A stretch of 64,000 bases of DNA from assembly GCA_035084275.1 (NCBI GenBank), contig CM068750.1, positions 6,014,001-6,078,000 of the forward strand. The letters run 5' to 3'. The notes below the pieces were generated by a model. It had not been told where the DNA came from. It did not search any database and saw only the letters and a list, made by a program, of their open reading frames with translations. This document shows, in pieces, positions 1-15,000 of this stretch. Position 1 is the stretch's first letter. Each line of letters opens with the position of its first letter. Origin of the DNA: Hydrolagus colliei (lineage: Eukaryota). The translations under genes and the position numbers were made by a program.

Positions 1-3000
1 CCTTCAATGTTTACTTCAGCTGAACCTGCCTCCACATCCATCGTTGGTATGTTGATATCAGCCTCTGGAACCTTCATGGCCGCTGATACATCAGGAAGGG
101 TTATGTCAATTTGAGGTTTACTGAGGCTTACGTCTGCATCAAATTCACCTTTCACTTTGGGAAGACTTACATTAAGATCCAATTTAGGAGCTTTTATATC
201 GGGTGCAGAAATTCCAAATTTGGGCATCTTCATATGGGGCATTTTGAATTTTCCTTTTGCTCCTCCAATATCTACATCAGGAGCCTCTACACTGACATCC
301 AATGACGGTACTTGTAGATCAATCTCAGGTCCCTTGATATGTCCTTCAGCTGTGGGCAGTTTAACGTCAATGTCTGGCTTTTTCAGACTGAGATCCACCT
401 CAGGGCCTTTAAACTTTGGCATTGAAATCCCAAATTGTGGCATTTTTACTGTTGGCAATTTGAACTTGCCATCTGGGCCTTCAACATTCAGTTCAGTGTC
501 AAGATCCACTGTTGGTGCCTGGATATCAATCTCAGGTCCCTTCATCTGTCCTTTAGCTTTGGGCAGTGTAATGTCAATGTCTGGCTTGGTCATGCTGAGA
601 TCAACTTCAGGGCCTTTAAACTTTGGCATTGAAATCCCAAAATGTGGCATTTTTACTGTTGGCAACTTGAATTTGCCATCTGGGCCTTCAATGTTTACTT
701 CAGCTGAACCTGCCTCCATATCCATCGTTGGTATGTTGATATCAGCCTCTGGAACCTTCATGGCCGCTGATACATTAGGACGGGTTACGTCAATTTGAGG
801 TTTACTGAGGCTTACGTCTGCATCAAATTCACCTTTCACTTTGGGAAGACTTACGTCAAGATCGAATTTGGGAACTTTTCTGTCGGGTGCAGAAAGTCCA
901 AATTTGGGCATCTTGATATGGGGCATTTTGAATTTTCCTTTTGCTCCTCCAATATCTACATCAGGAGCCTCTACACTGACGTCCAATGACGGTACTTGTA
1001 CATCAATCTCAGGTCCCTTGATATCTGCTTTTGCTTTGGGATGTGTAATTTCAATGTCTCGCTTTTTCAAACTGAGATCAACTTCGGGGCCTTTAAATTT
1101 CGGCATAGAAATACCAAAATGTGGCTTCTTAACCTTTGGAATTTTAAACTTTCCATCGGGACCTTCAATGTTTAGCTCTGCTGAACCAGTGTCAAGATCC
1201 ACTGTTGGTGCCTGGATATCAATCTCAGGTCCCTTGATATGTCCTTCAGCTTTGGGCAGTTTAATGTCAATGTCTGGCTTGGTCAAGCTGATATCAACTT
1301 CAGGGCCTTTAAACTTTGGCATTGAAATCCCAAAATGTGGCATTTTTACTGTTGGCAACTTGAATTTGCCATCTGGGCCTTCAATGTTTACTTCCGCTGA
1401 ACCAGGTTCCAAATCCATCGTTGGTATGTTGATTTCAGCCTCTGGAACCTTCATGGCCGCTGATACATCAGGAAGGGTTATGTCAATTTGAGGTTTACTG
1501 AGGCCTACGTCTGCATCAAATTCACCTTTCACTTTGGGAAGACTTACATCAAGATCCAATTTAGGAGCTTTTATATCGGGTGCAGAAATTCCAAATTTGG
1601 GCATCTTCATATGGGGCATTTTGAATTTTCCTTTTGCTCCTCCAATATCTACATCAGGAGCCTCTAAATTGACATCCAATGACGGTACTTGCACATCAAT
1701 CTCAGGTCCCTTGATATCTGCTTTTGCTTTGGGAAGTGTAATTTCAATGGCTGGCTTTTTCAAACTGAGATCAATTTCAGGGCCTCTAAATTTCGGCATA
1801 GAAATACCAAAATGTGGCTTCTTAACCTTTGGAATTTTAAATTTGCCATCGGGACCTTCAATGTTCAGTTCAGCTGAACCAGTGTCAAGATCCACTGTTG
1901 GTGCATGGATATCAATCTCAGGTCCCTTCATCTGTCCTTCAGCTTTTGGCAGTTTAATGTTAATGTCTGGCTTCGTCATGCTGAGATCAACTTCAGGGCC
2001 TTTAAACTTTGGCATTGAAATCCCAAAATGTGGCATTTTTACTGTTGGCAACTTGAATTTGCCATCTGGGCCTTCAATGTTTACTTCAGCTGAACCTGCC
2101 CTCACATCCATCGTTGGTATGTTGATATCAGCCTCTGGAACCTTCATGGCCACTGATACAGCAGGAAGGGTTGTGTCAATTTGAGGTTCACTGAGGCTCA
2201 TGTCTGCATCAAATTCACCTTTCACTTTGGGAAGGCTTACGTCAAGATCCAATTTGGGAGCTTTTATATCGGGTGCAGAAATTCCAAATTTGGGCATCTT
2301 CATATGGGGCATTTTGAATTTTCCTTTTGCTCCTCCAATATCTACATCAGGAGCGTCTACATTGACATCCAATGACGGTACTTGTACATCAATCTCAGGT
2401 CGTTTGATATGTCCTTTAGCTGTGGGCAGTTTAACGTCAATGTCTGGCTTTTTCAGACTGAGATCCACCTCAGGGCCTTTAAACTTTGGCATTGAAATCC
2501 CAAAATGTGGCACTTTTACTGTTGGCAATTTGAACTTGCCATCTGGGCCTTCAACATTCAGTTCAGTGTCAAGATCCACTGTTGGTGCCTGGATATCAAT
2601 CTCAGGCCCCTTCATCTGTCCTTTAGCTTTGGGCAGTTTAATGTCAATGTCTGGCTTGGTCATGCTGAGATCAACTTCAGGGCCTTTAAACTTTGGCATT
2701 GAAATCTCAAAATGTGGCATTTTTACTGTTGGCAACTTGAATTTGCCATCTGGGCCTTCAATGTTTACTTCCGTTGAACCTGCCTCCAAATCCATCGTTG
2801 GTATGTTGATTTCAGCCTCTGGAACCTTCATGGCCGCTGATACATCAGGAAGGGTTATGTCAATTTGAGGTTTACTGAGGCTTACGTCTGCATCAAATTC
2901 ACCTTTCACTTTGGGAAGACTTACGTCAAGATCCAATTTGGGAGCTTTTATATCGGGTGCAGAAATTCCAAATTTGGGCATCTTCATATGGGGCATTTTG

Positions 3001-6000
3001 AATTTTCCTTTTGCTCCTCCAGTATCTATATCAGGAGCCTCTACACTGACATCCAATGACAGTACTTCTACATCAATCTCAGGTCCCTTGATATCTGCTT
3101 TTGCTTTGGGAAGTGTAATTTCAATGTCTGGCTTTTTCAAACTGAGATCAATTTCAGGGCCTTTAAATTTTGGCATAGAAATACCAAAATGTGGCTTCTT
3201 AAACTTTGGAATTTTAAATTTGCCATCGCGACCTTCCATGTTCAGTTCAGCTGAACCAGTGTCAAGATCCACTGTTGGTGCATGGATATCAATCTCAGGT
3301 CGCTTGATGTGTCCTTCTGCTTTGGGCAGTTTAATGTCAAGGTCTGGCTTGGTCATGCTGATATCAACTTCAGGGCCTTTAAACTTTGGCATTGAAATCC
3401 CAAAATGTGGCATTTTTACTGTTGGCAACTTGAATTTGCCATCTGGGCCTTCAATGTTTACTTCCGCTGAACCTGCCTCCAAATCCATCGTTGGTATTTT
3501 GATTTCAGCCTCTTGAACCTTCATGGCCGCTGATACATCAGGAAGGGTTATATCAATTTGAGGTTTACTGAGGCTTACGTCTGCATCAAATTCACCTTTC
3601 ACTTTGGGAAGACTTACGTCAAGATCCAATTTGGGAGCTTTTATATCGGGTGCAGAAATTCCAAATTTGGGCATCTTGATGTGGGGCATTTTTAATTTTC
3701 CTTTTGCTCCTCCAATATCTCCATCAGGAGCCTCTACACTGACATCCAATGACGGTACTTGTACATCAATCTCACGTCCCTTGATATGTCCTTCAGCTGT
3801 GGGCAGTTTCATGTCAATGTCTGGCTTTTTCAGACTAAGATCCACCTCAGGGCCTTTAAACTTTGGCATTGAAATCCCAAAATGTGGCATTTTTACTGTT
3901 GGCAATTTGAACTTGCCATCTGGGCCTTCAACATTCAGTTCAGTGTCAAGATCCACTGTTGGTGCCTGGATATCAATCTCAGGTCCCTTGATCTCTCCTT
4001 TAGCTTTGGGCAGTTTAACGTCAATGTCTGGCTTTTTCAAACTGAGATCAGCTTCAGGGCCTTTAAACTTTGGCATTGAAATCCCAAAATGTGGCATTTT
4101 TACTGTTGGCAACTTGAATTTGCCATCTGGGCCTTCAATGTTTACTTCCGCTGAACCTGCCTCCAAATCCATCGTTGGTATGTTGATTTCAGCCTCTGGA
4201 ACCTTCATGGCCGCTGATACATCAGGAAGGGTTATGTCAATTTGAGGTTTACTGAGGCTTACGTCTGCATTAAATTCACCTTTCACTTTGGGAAGACTTA
4301 CGTCAAGATCCAATTTGGGAGCTTTTATATCGGGTGCAGAAATTCCAAATTTGGGCATCTTCATATGGGGCATTTTGAATTGTCCTTTTGCTCCTCCAAT
4401 ATGTACATCAGGAGCGTCTACATTGACGTCCAATGACGGTACTTGTACATCAATCTCAGGTCCCTTGATATGTCCTTCAGCTGTGGGCAGTTTCACGTCA
4501 ATGTCTGGCTTTTTCAGACTAAGATCCACCTCAGGACCTTTAAACTTTGGCATTGAAATCCCAAAATGTGGCATTTTTACTGTTGGCAATTTGAACTTGC
4601 CATCTGGGCCTTCAACATTCAGTTCAGTGTCAAGATCCACTGTTGGTGCCTGGATATCAATCTCAGGTCCCTTCATCTGTCCTTTAGCTTTGGGCAGTTT
4701 AATGTCAATGTCTGGCTTGGTCATGCTGAGATCAACTTCAGGGCCTTTAAACTTTGGCATTGAAATCCCAAAATGTGGCATTTTTACTGTTGGCAACTTG
4801 AATTTGCCATCTGGGCCTTCAATGTTTACTTCCGCTGAACCTGCCTCCAAATCCATCGTTGGTATGTTGATTTCAGCCTCTGGAACCTTCATGGCCGCTG
4901 ATACATCAGGAAGGGTTATGTCAATTTGAGGTTTACTGAGGCTTACGTCTGCATCAAATTCACCTTTCACTTTGGGAAGACTTACGTCAAGATCCAATTT
5001 GGGAGCTTTTATATCGGGTGCAGAAATTCCAAATTTGGGCATCTTCATATGGGGCATTTTGAATTTTCCTTTTGCTCCTCCAGTATCTACATCAGGGGGC
5101 TCTACACTGACATCCAATGACGGTACTTGTACATCAATCTCAGGTCCCTTGATATCTGCTTTTGCTTTGGGAAGTGTAATGTCAATGTCTGGCTTTTTCA
5201 AACTGAGATCAATTTCAGGGCCTTTAAATTTTGGCATAGAAATACCAAAATGTGGCTTCTTAACCTTTGGAATTTTAAATTTGCCATCGGGACCTTCAAT
5301 GTTCAGTTCAATTGAACCAGTGTCAAGATCCACTGTTGGTGCATGGATATCAATCTCAGGTCCCTTGATCTCTCCTTTAGCTTTGGGCAGTTTAACGTCA
5401 ATGTCTGGCTTTTTCAAACTGAGATCAGCTTCAGGGCCTTTAAACTTTGGCATTGAAATCCCAAAATGTGGCATTTTTACTGTTGGCAACTTGAATTTGC
5501 CATCTGGGCCTTCAATGTTTACTTCCGCTGAACCTGCCTCCAAATCCATCGTTGGTATGTTGATTTCAGCCTCTGGAACCTTCATGGCCGCTGATACATC
5601 AGGAACGGTTATGTCAATTTGAGGTTTACTGAGGCTTACGTCTGCATCAAATTCACCTTTCACTTTGGGAAGACTTACGTCAAGATCCAATTTGGGAGCT
5701 TTTATATCGGGTGCAGAAATTCCAAATTTGGGCATCTTCATATGGGGCATTTTGAATTGTCCTTTTGCTCCTCCAATATGTACATCAGGAGCGTCTACAT
5801 TGACGTCCAATGACGGTACTTGTACATCAATCTCAGGTCCCTTGATATGTCCTTCAGCTGTGGGCAGTTTCACGTCAATGTCTGGCTTTTTCAGACTAAG
5901 ATCCACCTCAGGACCTTTAAACTTTGGCATTGAAATCCCAAAATGTGGCATTTTTACTGTTGGCAATTTGAACTTGCCATCTGGGCCTTCAACATTCAGT

Positions 6001-9000
6001 TCAGTGTCAAGATCCACTGTTGGTGCCTGGATATCAATCTCAGGTCCCTTCATCTGTCCTTTAGCTTTGGGCAGTTTAATGTCAATGTCTGGCTTGGTCA
6101 TGCTGAGATCAACTTCAGGGCCTTTAAACTTTGGCATTGAAATCCCAAAATGTGGCATTTTTACTGTTGGCAACTTGAATTTGCCATCTGGGCCTTCAAT
6201 GTTTACTTCCGCTGAACCTGCCTCCAAATCCATCGTTGGTATGTTGATTTCAGCCTCTGGAACCTTCATGGCCGCTGATACATCAGGAAGGATTATGTCA
6301 ATTTGAGGTTTACTGAGGCTTACGTCTGCATCAAATTCACCTTTCACTTTGGGAAGACTTACGTCAAGATCCAATTTGGGAGCTTTTATATCGGGTGCAG
6401 AAATTCCAAATTTGGGCATCTTCATACGGGGCATTTTGAATTTTCCTTTTGCTCCTCCAGTATCTACATCAGGGGCCACTACACTGACATCCAATGACGG
6501 TACTTGTACATCAATCTCAGGTCCCTTGATATCTGCTTTTGCTTTGGGAAGTGTAATGTCAATGTCTGGCTTTTTCAAACTGAGATCAATTTCAGGGCCT
6601 TTAAATTTCGGCATAGAAATACCAAAATGTGGCTTCTTAACCTTTGGAATTTTAAATTTGCCATCGGGACCTTCAATGTTCAGTTCAACTGAACCAGTGT
6701 CAAGATCCACTGTTGGTGCATGGATATCAATCTCAGGTCCCTTGATCTCTCCTTTAGCTTTGGGCAGTTTAACGTCAATGTCTGGCTTTTTCAAACTGAG
6801 ATCAGCTTCAGGGCCTTTAAACTTTGGCATTGAAATCCCAAAATGTGGCATTTTTACTGTTGGCAACTTGAATTTGCCATCTGGTCCTTCAATGTTTACT
6901 TCCGCTGAACCTGCCTCCAAATCCATCGTTGGTATGTTGATTTCAGCCTCTGGAACCTTCATGGCCGCTGATACATCAGGAAGGGTTATGTCAATTTGAG
7001 GTTTACTGAGGCTTACGTCTGCATCAAATTCACCTTTCACTTTGGGAAGACTTACGTCAAGATCCAATTTGGGAGCTTTTATATCGGGTGCAGAAATTCC
7101 AAATTTGGGCATCTTCATATGGGGCATTTTGAATTGTCCTTTTGCTCCTCCAATATCTACATCAGGAGCGTCTACATTGACGTCCAATGACGGTACTTGT
7201 ACATCAATCTCAGGTCCCTTGATATGTCCTTCAGCTGTGGGCAGTTTCACGTCAATGTCTGGCTTTTTCAGACTAAGATCCACCTCAGGACCTTTAAACT
7301 TTGGCATTGAAATCCCAAAATGTGGCATTTTTACTGTTGGCAATTTGAACTTGCCATCTGGGCCTTCAACATTCAGTTCAGTGTCAAGATCCACTGTTGG
7401 TGCCTGGATATCAATCTCAGGTCCCTTCATCTGTCCTTTAGCTTTGGGCAGTTTAATGTCAATGTCTGGCTTGGTCATGCTGAGATCAACTTCAGGGCCT
7501 TTAAACTTTGGCATTGAAATCCCAAAATGTGGCATTTTTACTGTTGGCAACTTGAATTTGCCATCTGGGCCTTCAATGTTTACTTCCGCTGAACCTGCCT
7601 CCAAATCCATCGTTGGTATGTTGATTTCAGCCTCTGGAACCTTCATGGCCGCTGATACATCAGGAAGGGTTATGTCAATTTGAGGTTTACTGAGGCTTAC
7701 GTCTGCATCAAATTCACCTTTCACTTTGGGAAGACTTACGTCAAGATCCAATTTGGGAGCTTTTATATCGGGTGCAGAAATTCCAAATTTGGGCATCTTC
7801 ATATGGGGCATTTTGAATTTTCCTTTTGCTCCTCCAGTATCTACATCAGGGGGCTCTACACTGACATCCAATGACGGTACTTGTACATCAATCTCAGGTC
7901 CCTTGATATCTGCTTTTGCTTTGGGAAGTGTAATGTCAATGTCTGGCTTTTTCAAACTGAGATCAATTTCAGGGCCTTTAAATTTTGGCATAGAAATACC
8001 AAAATGTGGCTTCTTAACCTTTGGAATTTTAAATTTGCCATCGGGACCTTCAATGTTCAGTTCAATTGAACCAGTGTCAAGATCCACTGTTGGTGCATGG
8101 ATATCAATCTCAGGTCCCTTGATCTCTCCTTTAGCTTTGGGCAGTTTAACGTCAATGTCTGGCTTTTTCAAACTGAGATCAGCTTCAGGGCCTTTAAACT
8201 TTGGCATTGAAATCCCAAAATGTGGCATTTTTACTGTTGGCAACTTGAATTTGCCATCTGGGCCTTCAATGTTTACTTCCGCTGAACCTGCCTCCAAATC
8301 CATCGTTGGTATGTTGATTTCAGCCTCTGGAACCTTCATGGCCGCTGATACATCAGGAACGGTTATGTCAATTTGAGGTTTACTGAGGCTTACGTCTGCA
8401 TCAAATTCACCTTTCACTTTGGGAAGACTTACGTCAAGATCCAATTTGGGAGCTTTTATATCGGGTGCAGAAATTCCAAATTTGGGCATCTTCATATGGG
8501 GCATTTTGAATTGTCCTTTTGCTCCTCCAATATGTACATCAGGAGCGTCTACATTGACGTCCAATGACGGTACTTGTACATCAATCTCAGGTCCCTTGAT
8601 ATGTCCTTCAGCTGTGGGCAGTTTCACGTCAATGTCTGGCTTTTTCAGACTAAGATCCACCTCAGGACCTTTAAACTTTGGCATTGAAATCCCAAAATGT
8701 GGCATTTTTACTGTTGGCAATTTGAACTTGCCATCTGGGCCTTCAACATTCAGTTCAGTGTCAAGATCCACTGTTGGTGCCTGGATATCAATCTCAGGTC
8801 CCTTCATCTGTCCTTTAGCTTTGGGCAGTTTAATGTCAATGTCTGGCTTGGTCATGCTGAGATCAACTTCAGGGCCTTTAAACTTTGGCATTGAAATCCC
8901 AAAATGTGGCATTTTTACTGTTGGCAACTTGAATTTGCCATCTGGGCCTTCAATGTTTACTTCCGCTGAACCTGCCTCCAAATCCATCGTTGGTATGTTG

Positions 9001-12000
9001 ATTTCAGCCTCTGGAACCTTCATGGCCGCTGATACATCAGGAAGGATTATGTCAATTTGAGGTTTACTGAGGCTTACGTCTGCATCAAATTCACCTTTCA
9101 CTTTGGGAAGACTTACGTCAAGATCCAATTTGGGAGCTTTTATATCGGGTGCAGAAATTCCAAATTTGGGCATCTTCATACGGGGCATTTTGAATTTTCC
9201 TTTTGCTCCTCCAGTATCTACATCAGGGGCCACTACACTGACATCCAATGACGGTACTTGTACATCAATCTCAGGTCCCTTGATATCTGCTTTTGCTTTG
9301 GGAAGTGTAATGTCAATGTCTGGCTTTTTCAAACTGAGATCAATTTCAGGGCCTTTAAATTTCGGCATAGAAATACCAAAATGTGGCTTCTTAACCTTTG
9401 GAATTTTAAATTTGCCATCGGGACCTTCAATGTTCAGTTCAATTGAACCAGTGTCAAGATCCACTGTTGGTGCATGGATATCAATCTCAGGTCCCTTGAT
9501 CTCTCCTTTAGCTTTGGGCAGTTTAACGTCAATGTCTGGCTTTTTCAAACTGAGATCAGCTTCAGGGCCTTTAAACTTTGGCATTGAAATCCCAAAATGT
9601 GGCATTTTTACTGTTGGCAACTTGAATTTGCCATCTGGTCCTTCAATGTTTACTTCCGCTGAACCTGCCTCCAAATCCATCGTTGGTATGTTGATTTCAG
9701 CCTCTGGAACCTTCATGGCCGCTGATACATCAGGAAGGGTTATGTCAATTTGAGGTTTACTGAGGCTTACGTCTGCATCAAATTCACCTTTCACTTTGGG
9801 AAGACTTACGTCAAGATCCAATTTGGGAGCTTTTATATCGGGTGCAGAAATTCCAAATTTGGGCATCTTCATATGGGGCATTTTGAATTGTCCTTTTGCT
9901 CCTCCAATATCTACATCAGGAGCGTCTACATTGACGTCCAATGACGGTACTTGTACATCAATCTCAGGTCCCTTGATATGTCCTTCAGCTGTGGGCAGTT
10001 TCACGTCAATGTCTGGCTTTTTCAGACTAAGATCCACCTCAGGACCTTTAAACTTTGGCATTGAAATCCCAAAGTGTGGCATTTTTACAGTCGGCAATTT
10101 GAACTTGCCATCTGGGCCTTCAACATTCAGTTCAGTGTCAAGATCCACTGTTGGTGCCTGGATATCAATCTCAGGTCCCTTCATCTGTCCTTTAGCTTTG
10201 GGCAGTTTAATGTCAATGTCTGGCTTGGTCATGCTGAGATCAACTTCAGGGCCTTTAAACTTTGGCATTGAAATCCCAAAATGTGGCATTTTTACTGTTG
10301 GCAACTTGAATTTGCCATCTGGGCCGTGAATGTTTACTTCCGCTGAACCTGCCTCCAAATCCATCGTTGGTATGTTGATTTCAGCCTCTGGAACCTTCAT
10401 GGCCGCTGATACATCAGGAACGGTTATGTCAATTTGAGGTTTACTGAGGCTTACGTCTGCATCAAATTCACCTTTCACTTTGGGAAGACTTACGTCAAGA
10501 TCCAATTTGGGAGATTTTATATCGGGTGCAGAAATTCCAAATTTGGGCATCTTCATATGGGGCATTTTGAATTTTCCTTTTGCTCCTCCAGTATCTACAT
10601 CAGGGGGCTCTACACTGACATCCAATGACGGTACTTGTACATCAATCTCAGGTCCCTTGATATCTGCTTTTGCTTTGGGAAGTGTAATGTCAATGTCTGG
10701 CTTTTTCAAACTGAGATCAATTTCAGGGCCTTTAAATTTTGGCATAGAAATACCAAAATGTGGCTTCTTAACCTTTGGAATTTTAAATTTGCCATCGGGA
10801 CCTTCAATGTTCAGTTCAATTGAACCAGTGTCAAGATCCACTGTTGGTGCATGGATATCAATCTCAGGTCCCTTGATCTCTCCTTTAGCTTTGGGCAGTT
10901 TAACGTCAATGTCTGGCTTTTTCAAACTGAGATCAGCTTCAGGGCCTTTAAACTTTGGCATTGAAATCCCAAAATGTGGCATTTTTACTGTTGGCAACTT
11001 GAATTTGCCATCTGGGCCTTCAATGTTTACTTCCGCTGAACCTGCCTCCAAATCCATCGTTGGTATGTTGATTTCAGCCTCTGGAACCTTCATGGCCGCT
11101 GATACATCAGGAACGGTTATGTCAATTTGAGGTTTACTGAGGCTTACGTCTGCATCAAATTCACCTTTCACTTTGGGAAGACTTACGTCAAGATCCAATT
11201 TGGGAGCTTTTATATCGGGTGCAGAAATTCCAAATTTGGGCATCTTCATATGGGGCATTTTGAATTGTCCTTTTGCTCCTCCAATATGTACATCAGGAGC
11301 GTCTACATTGACGTCCAATGACGGTACTTGTACATCAATCTCAGGTCCCTTGATATGTCCTTCAGCTGTGGGCAGTTTCACGTCAATGTCTGGCTTTTTC
11401 AGACTAAGATCCACCTCAGGACCTTTAAACTTTGGCATTGAAATCCCAAAATGTGGCATTTTTACTGTTGGCAATTTGAACTTGCCATCTGGGCCTTCAA
11501 CATTCAGTTCAGTGTCAAGATCCACTGTTGGTGCCTGGATATCAATCTCAGGTCCCTTCATCTGTCCTTTAGCTTTGGGCAGTTTAATGTCAATGTCTGG
11601 CTTGGTCATGCTGAGATCAACTTCAGGGCCTTTAAACTTTGGCATTGAAATCCCAAAATGTGGCATTTTTACTGTTGGCAACTTGAATTTGCCATCTGGG
11701 CCTTCAATGTTTACTTCCGCTGAACCTGCCTCCAAATCCATCGTTGGTATGTTGATTTCAGCCTCTGGAACCTTCATGGCCGCTGATACATCAGGAAGGG
11801 TTATGTCAATTTGAGGTTTACTGAGGCTTACGTCTGCATCAAATTCACCTTTCACTTTGGGAAGACTTACGTCAAGATCCAATTTGGGAGCTTTTATATC
11901 GGGTGCAGAAATTCCAAATTTGGGCATCTTCATACGGGGCATTTTGAATTTTCCTTTTGCTCCTCCAGTATCTACATCAGGGGCCACTACACTGACATCC

Positions 12001-15000
12001 AATGACGGTACTTGTACATCAATCTCAGGTCCCTTGATATCTGCTTTTGCTTTGGGAAGTGTAATGTCAATGTCTGGCTTTTTCAAACTGAGATCAATTT
12101 CAGGGCCTTTAAATTTCGGCATAGAAATACCAAAATGTGGCTTCTTAACCTTTGGAATTTTAAATTTGCCATCGGGACCTTCAATGTTCAGTTCAACTGA
12201 ACCAGTGTCAAGATCCACTGTTGGTGCATGGATATCAATCTCAGGTCCCTTGATCTCTCCTTTAGCTTTGGGCAGTTTAACGTCAATGTCTGGCTTTTTC
12301 AAACTGAGATCAGCTTCAGGGCCTTTAAACTTTGGCATTGAAATCCCAAAATGTGGCATTTTTACTGTTGGCAACTTGAATTTGCCATCTGGTCCTTCAA
12401 TGTTTACTTCCGCTGAACCTGCCTCCAAATCCATCGTTGGTATGTTGATTTCAGCCTCTGGAACCTTCATGGCCGCTGATACATCAGGAAGGGTTATGTC
12501 AATTTGAGGTTTACTGAGGCTTACGTCTGCATCAAATTCACCTTTCACTTTGGGAAGACTTACGTCAAGATCCAATTTGGGAGCTTTTATATCGGGTGCA
12601 GAAATTCCAAATTTGGGCATCTTCATATGGGGCATTTTGAATTGTCCTTTTGCTCCTCCAATATCTACATCAGGAGCGTCTACATTGACGTCCAATGACG
12701 GTACTTGTACATCAATCTCAGGTCCCTTGATATGTCCTTCAGCTGTGGGCAGTTTCACGTCAATGTCTGGCTTTTTCAGACTAAGATCCACCTCAGGACC
12801 TTTAAACTTTGGCATTGAAATCCCAAAATGTGGCATTTTTACAGTCGGCAATTTGAACTTGCCATCTGGGCCTTCAACATTCAGTTCAGTGTCAAGATCC
12901 ACTGTTGGTGCCTGGATATCAATCTCAGGTCCCTTCATCTGTCCTTTAGCTTTGGGCAGTTTAATGTCAATGTCTGGCTTGGTCATGCTGAGATCAACTT
13001 CAGGGCCTTTAAACTTTGGCATTGAAATCCCAAAATGTGGCATTTTTACTGTTGGCAACTTGAATTTGCCATCTGGGCCGTGAATGTTTACTTCCGCTGA
13101 ACCTGCCTCCAAATCCATCGTTGGTATGTTGATTTCAGCCTCTGGAACCTTCATTGCCGCAGATACATCAGGAACGGTTATGTCAATTTGAGGTTTACTG
13201 AGGCTTACGTCTGCATCAAATTCACCTTTCACTTTGGGAAGACTTACGTCAAGATCCAATTTGGGAGCTTTTATATCGGGTGCAGAAATTCCAAATTTGG
13301 GCATCTTCATATGGGGCATTTTGAATTTTCCTTTTGCTCCTCCAGTATCTACATCAGGGGGCTCTACACTGACATCCAATGACGGTACTTGTACATCAAT
13401 CTCAGGTCCCTTGATATCTGCTTTTGCTTTGGGAAGTGTAATGTCAATGTCTGGCTTTTTCAAACTGAGATCAATTTCAGGGCCTTTAAATTTTGGCATA
13501 GAAATACCAAAATGTGGCTTCTTAACCTTTGGAATTTTAAATTTGCCATCGGGACCTTCAATGTTCAGTTCAATTGAACCAGTGTCAAGATCCACTGTTG
13601 GTGCATGGATATCAATCTCAGGTCCCTTGATCTCTCCTTTAGCTTTGGGCAGTTTAACGTCAATGTCTGGCTTTTTCAAACTGAGATCAGCTTCAGGGCC
13701 TTTAAACTTTGGCATTGAAATCCCAAAATGTGGCATTTTTACTGTTGGCAACTTGAATTTGCCATCTGGGCCTTCAATGTTTACTTCCGCTGAACCTGCC
13801 TCCAAATCCATCGTTGGTATGTTGATTTCAGCCTCTGGAACCTTCATGGCCGCTGATACATCAGGAACGGTTATGTCAATTTGAGGTTTACTGAGGCTTA
13901 CGTCTGCATCAAATTCACCTTTCACTTTGGGAAGACTTACGTCAAGATCCAATTTGGGAGCTTTTATATCGGGTGCAGAAATTCCAAATTTGGGCATCTT
14001 CATATGGGGCATTTTGAATTGTCCTTTTGCTCCTCCAATATCTACATCAGGAGCGTCTACATTGACGTCCAATGACGGTACTTGTACATCAATCTCAGGT
14101 CCCTTGATATGTCCTTCAGCTGTGGGCAGTTTCACGTCAATGTCTGGCTTTTTCAGACTAAGATCCACCTCAGGACCTTTAAACTTTGGCATTGAAATCC
14201 CAAAATGTGGCATTTTTACTGTCGGCAATTTGAACTTGCCATCTGGGCCTTCAACATTCAGTTCAGTGTCAAGATCCACTGTTGGTGCCTGGATATCAAT
14301 CTCAGGTCCCTTCATCTGTCCTTTAGCTTTGGGCAGTTTAATGTCAATGTCTGGCTTGGTCATGCTGAGATCAACTTCAGGGCCTTTAAACTTTGGCATT
14401 GAAATCCCAAAATGTGGCATTTTTACTGTTGGCAACTTGAATTTGCCATCTGGGCCGTGAATGTTTACTTCCGCTGAACCTGCCTCCAAATCCATCGTTG
14501 GTATGTTGATTTCAGCCTCTGGAACCTTCATGGCCGCTGATACATCAGGAACGGTTATGTCAATTTGAGGTTTACTGAGGCTTACGTCTGCATCAAATTC
14601 ACCTTTCACTTTGGGAAGACTTACGTCAAGATCCAATTTGGGAGCTTTTATATCGGGTGCAGAAATTCCAAATTTGGGCATCTTCATATGGGGCATTTTG
14701 AATTTTCCTTTTGCTCCTCCAGTATCTACATCAGGGGCCTCTACACTGACATCCAATGACGGTACTTGTACATCAATCTCAGGTCCCTTGATATCTGCTT
14801 TTGCTTTGGGAAGTGTAATGTCAATGTCTGGCTTTTTCAAACTGAGATCAATTTCAGGGCCTTTAAATTTCGGCATAGAAATACCAAAATGTGGCTTCTT
14901 AACCTTTGGAATTTTAAATTTGCCATCGGGACCTTCAATGTTCAGTTCAACTGAACCAGTGTCAAGATCCACTGTTGGTGCATGGATATCAATCTCAGGT

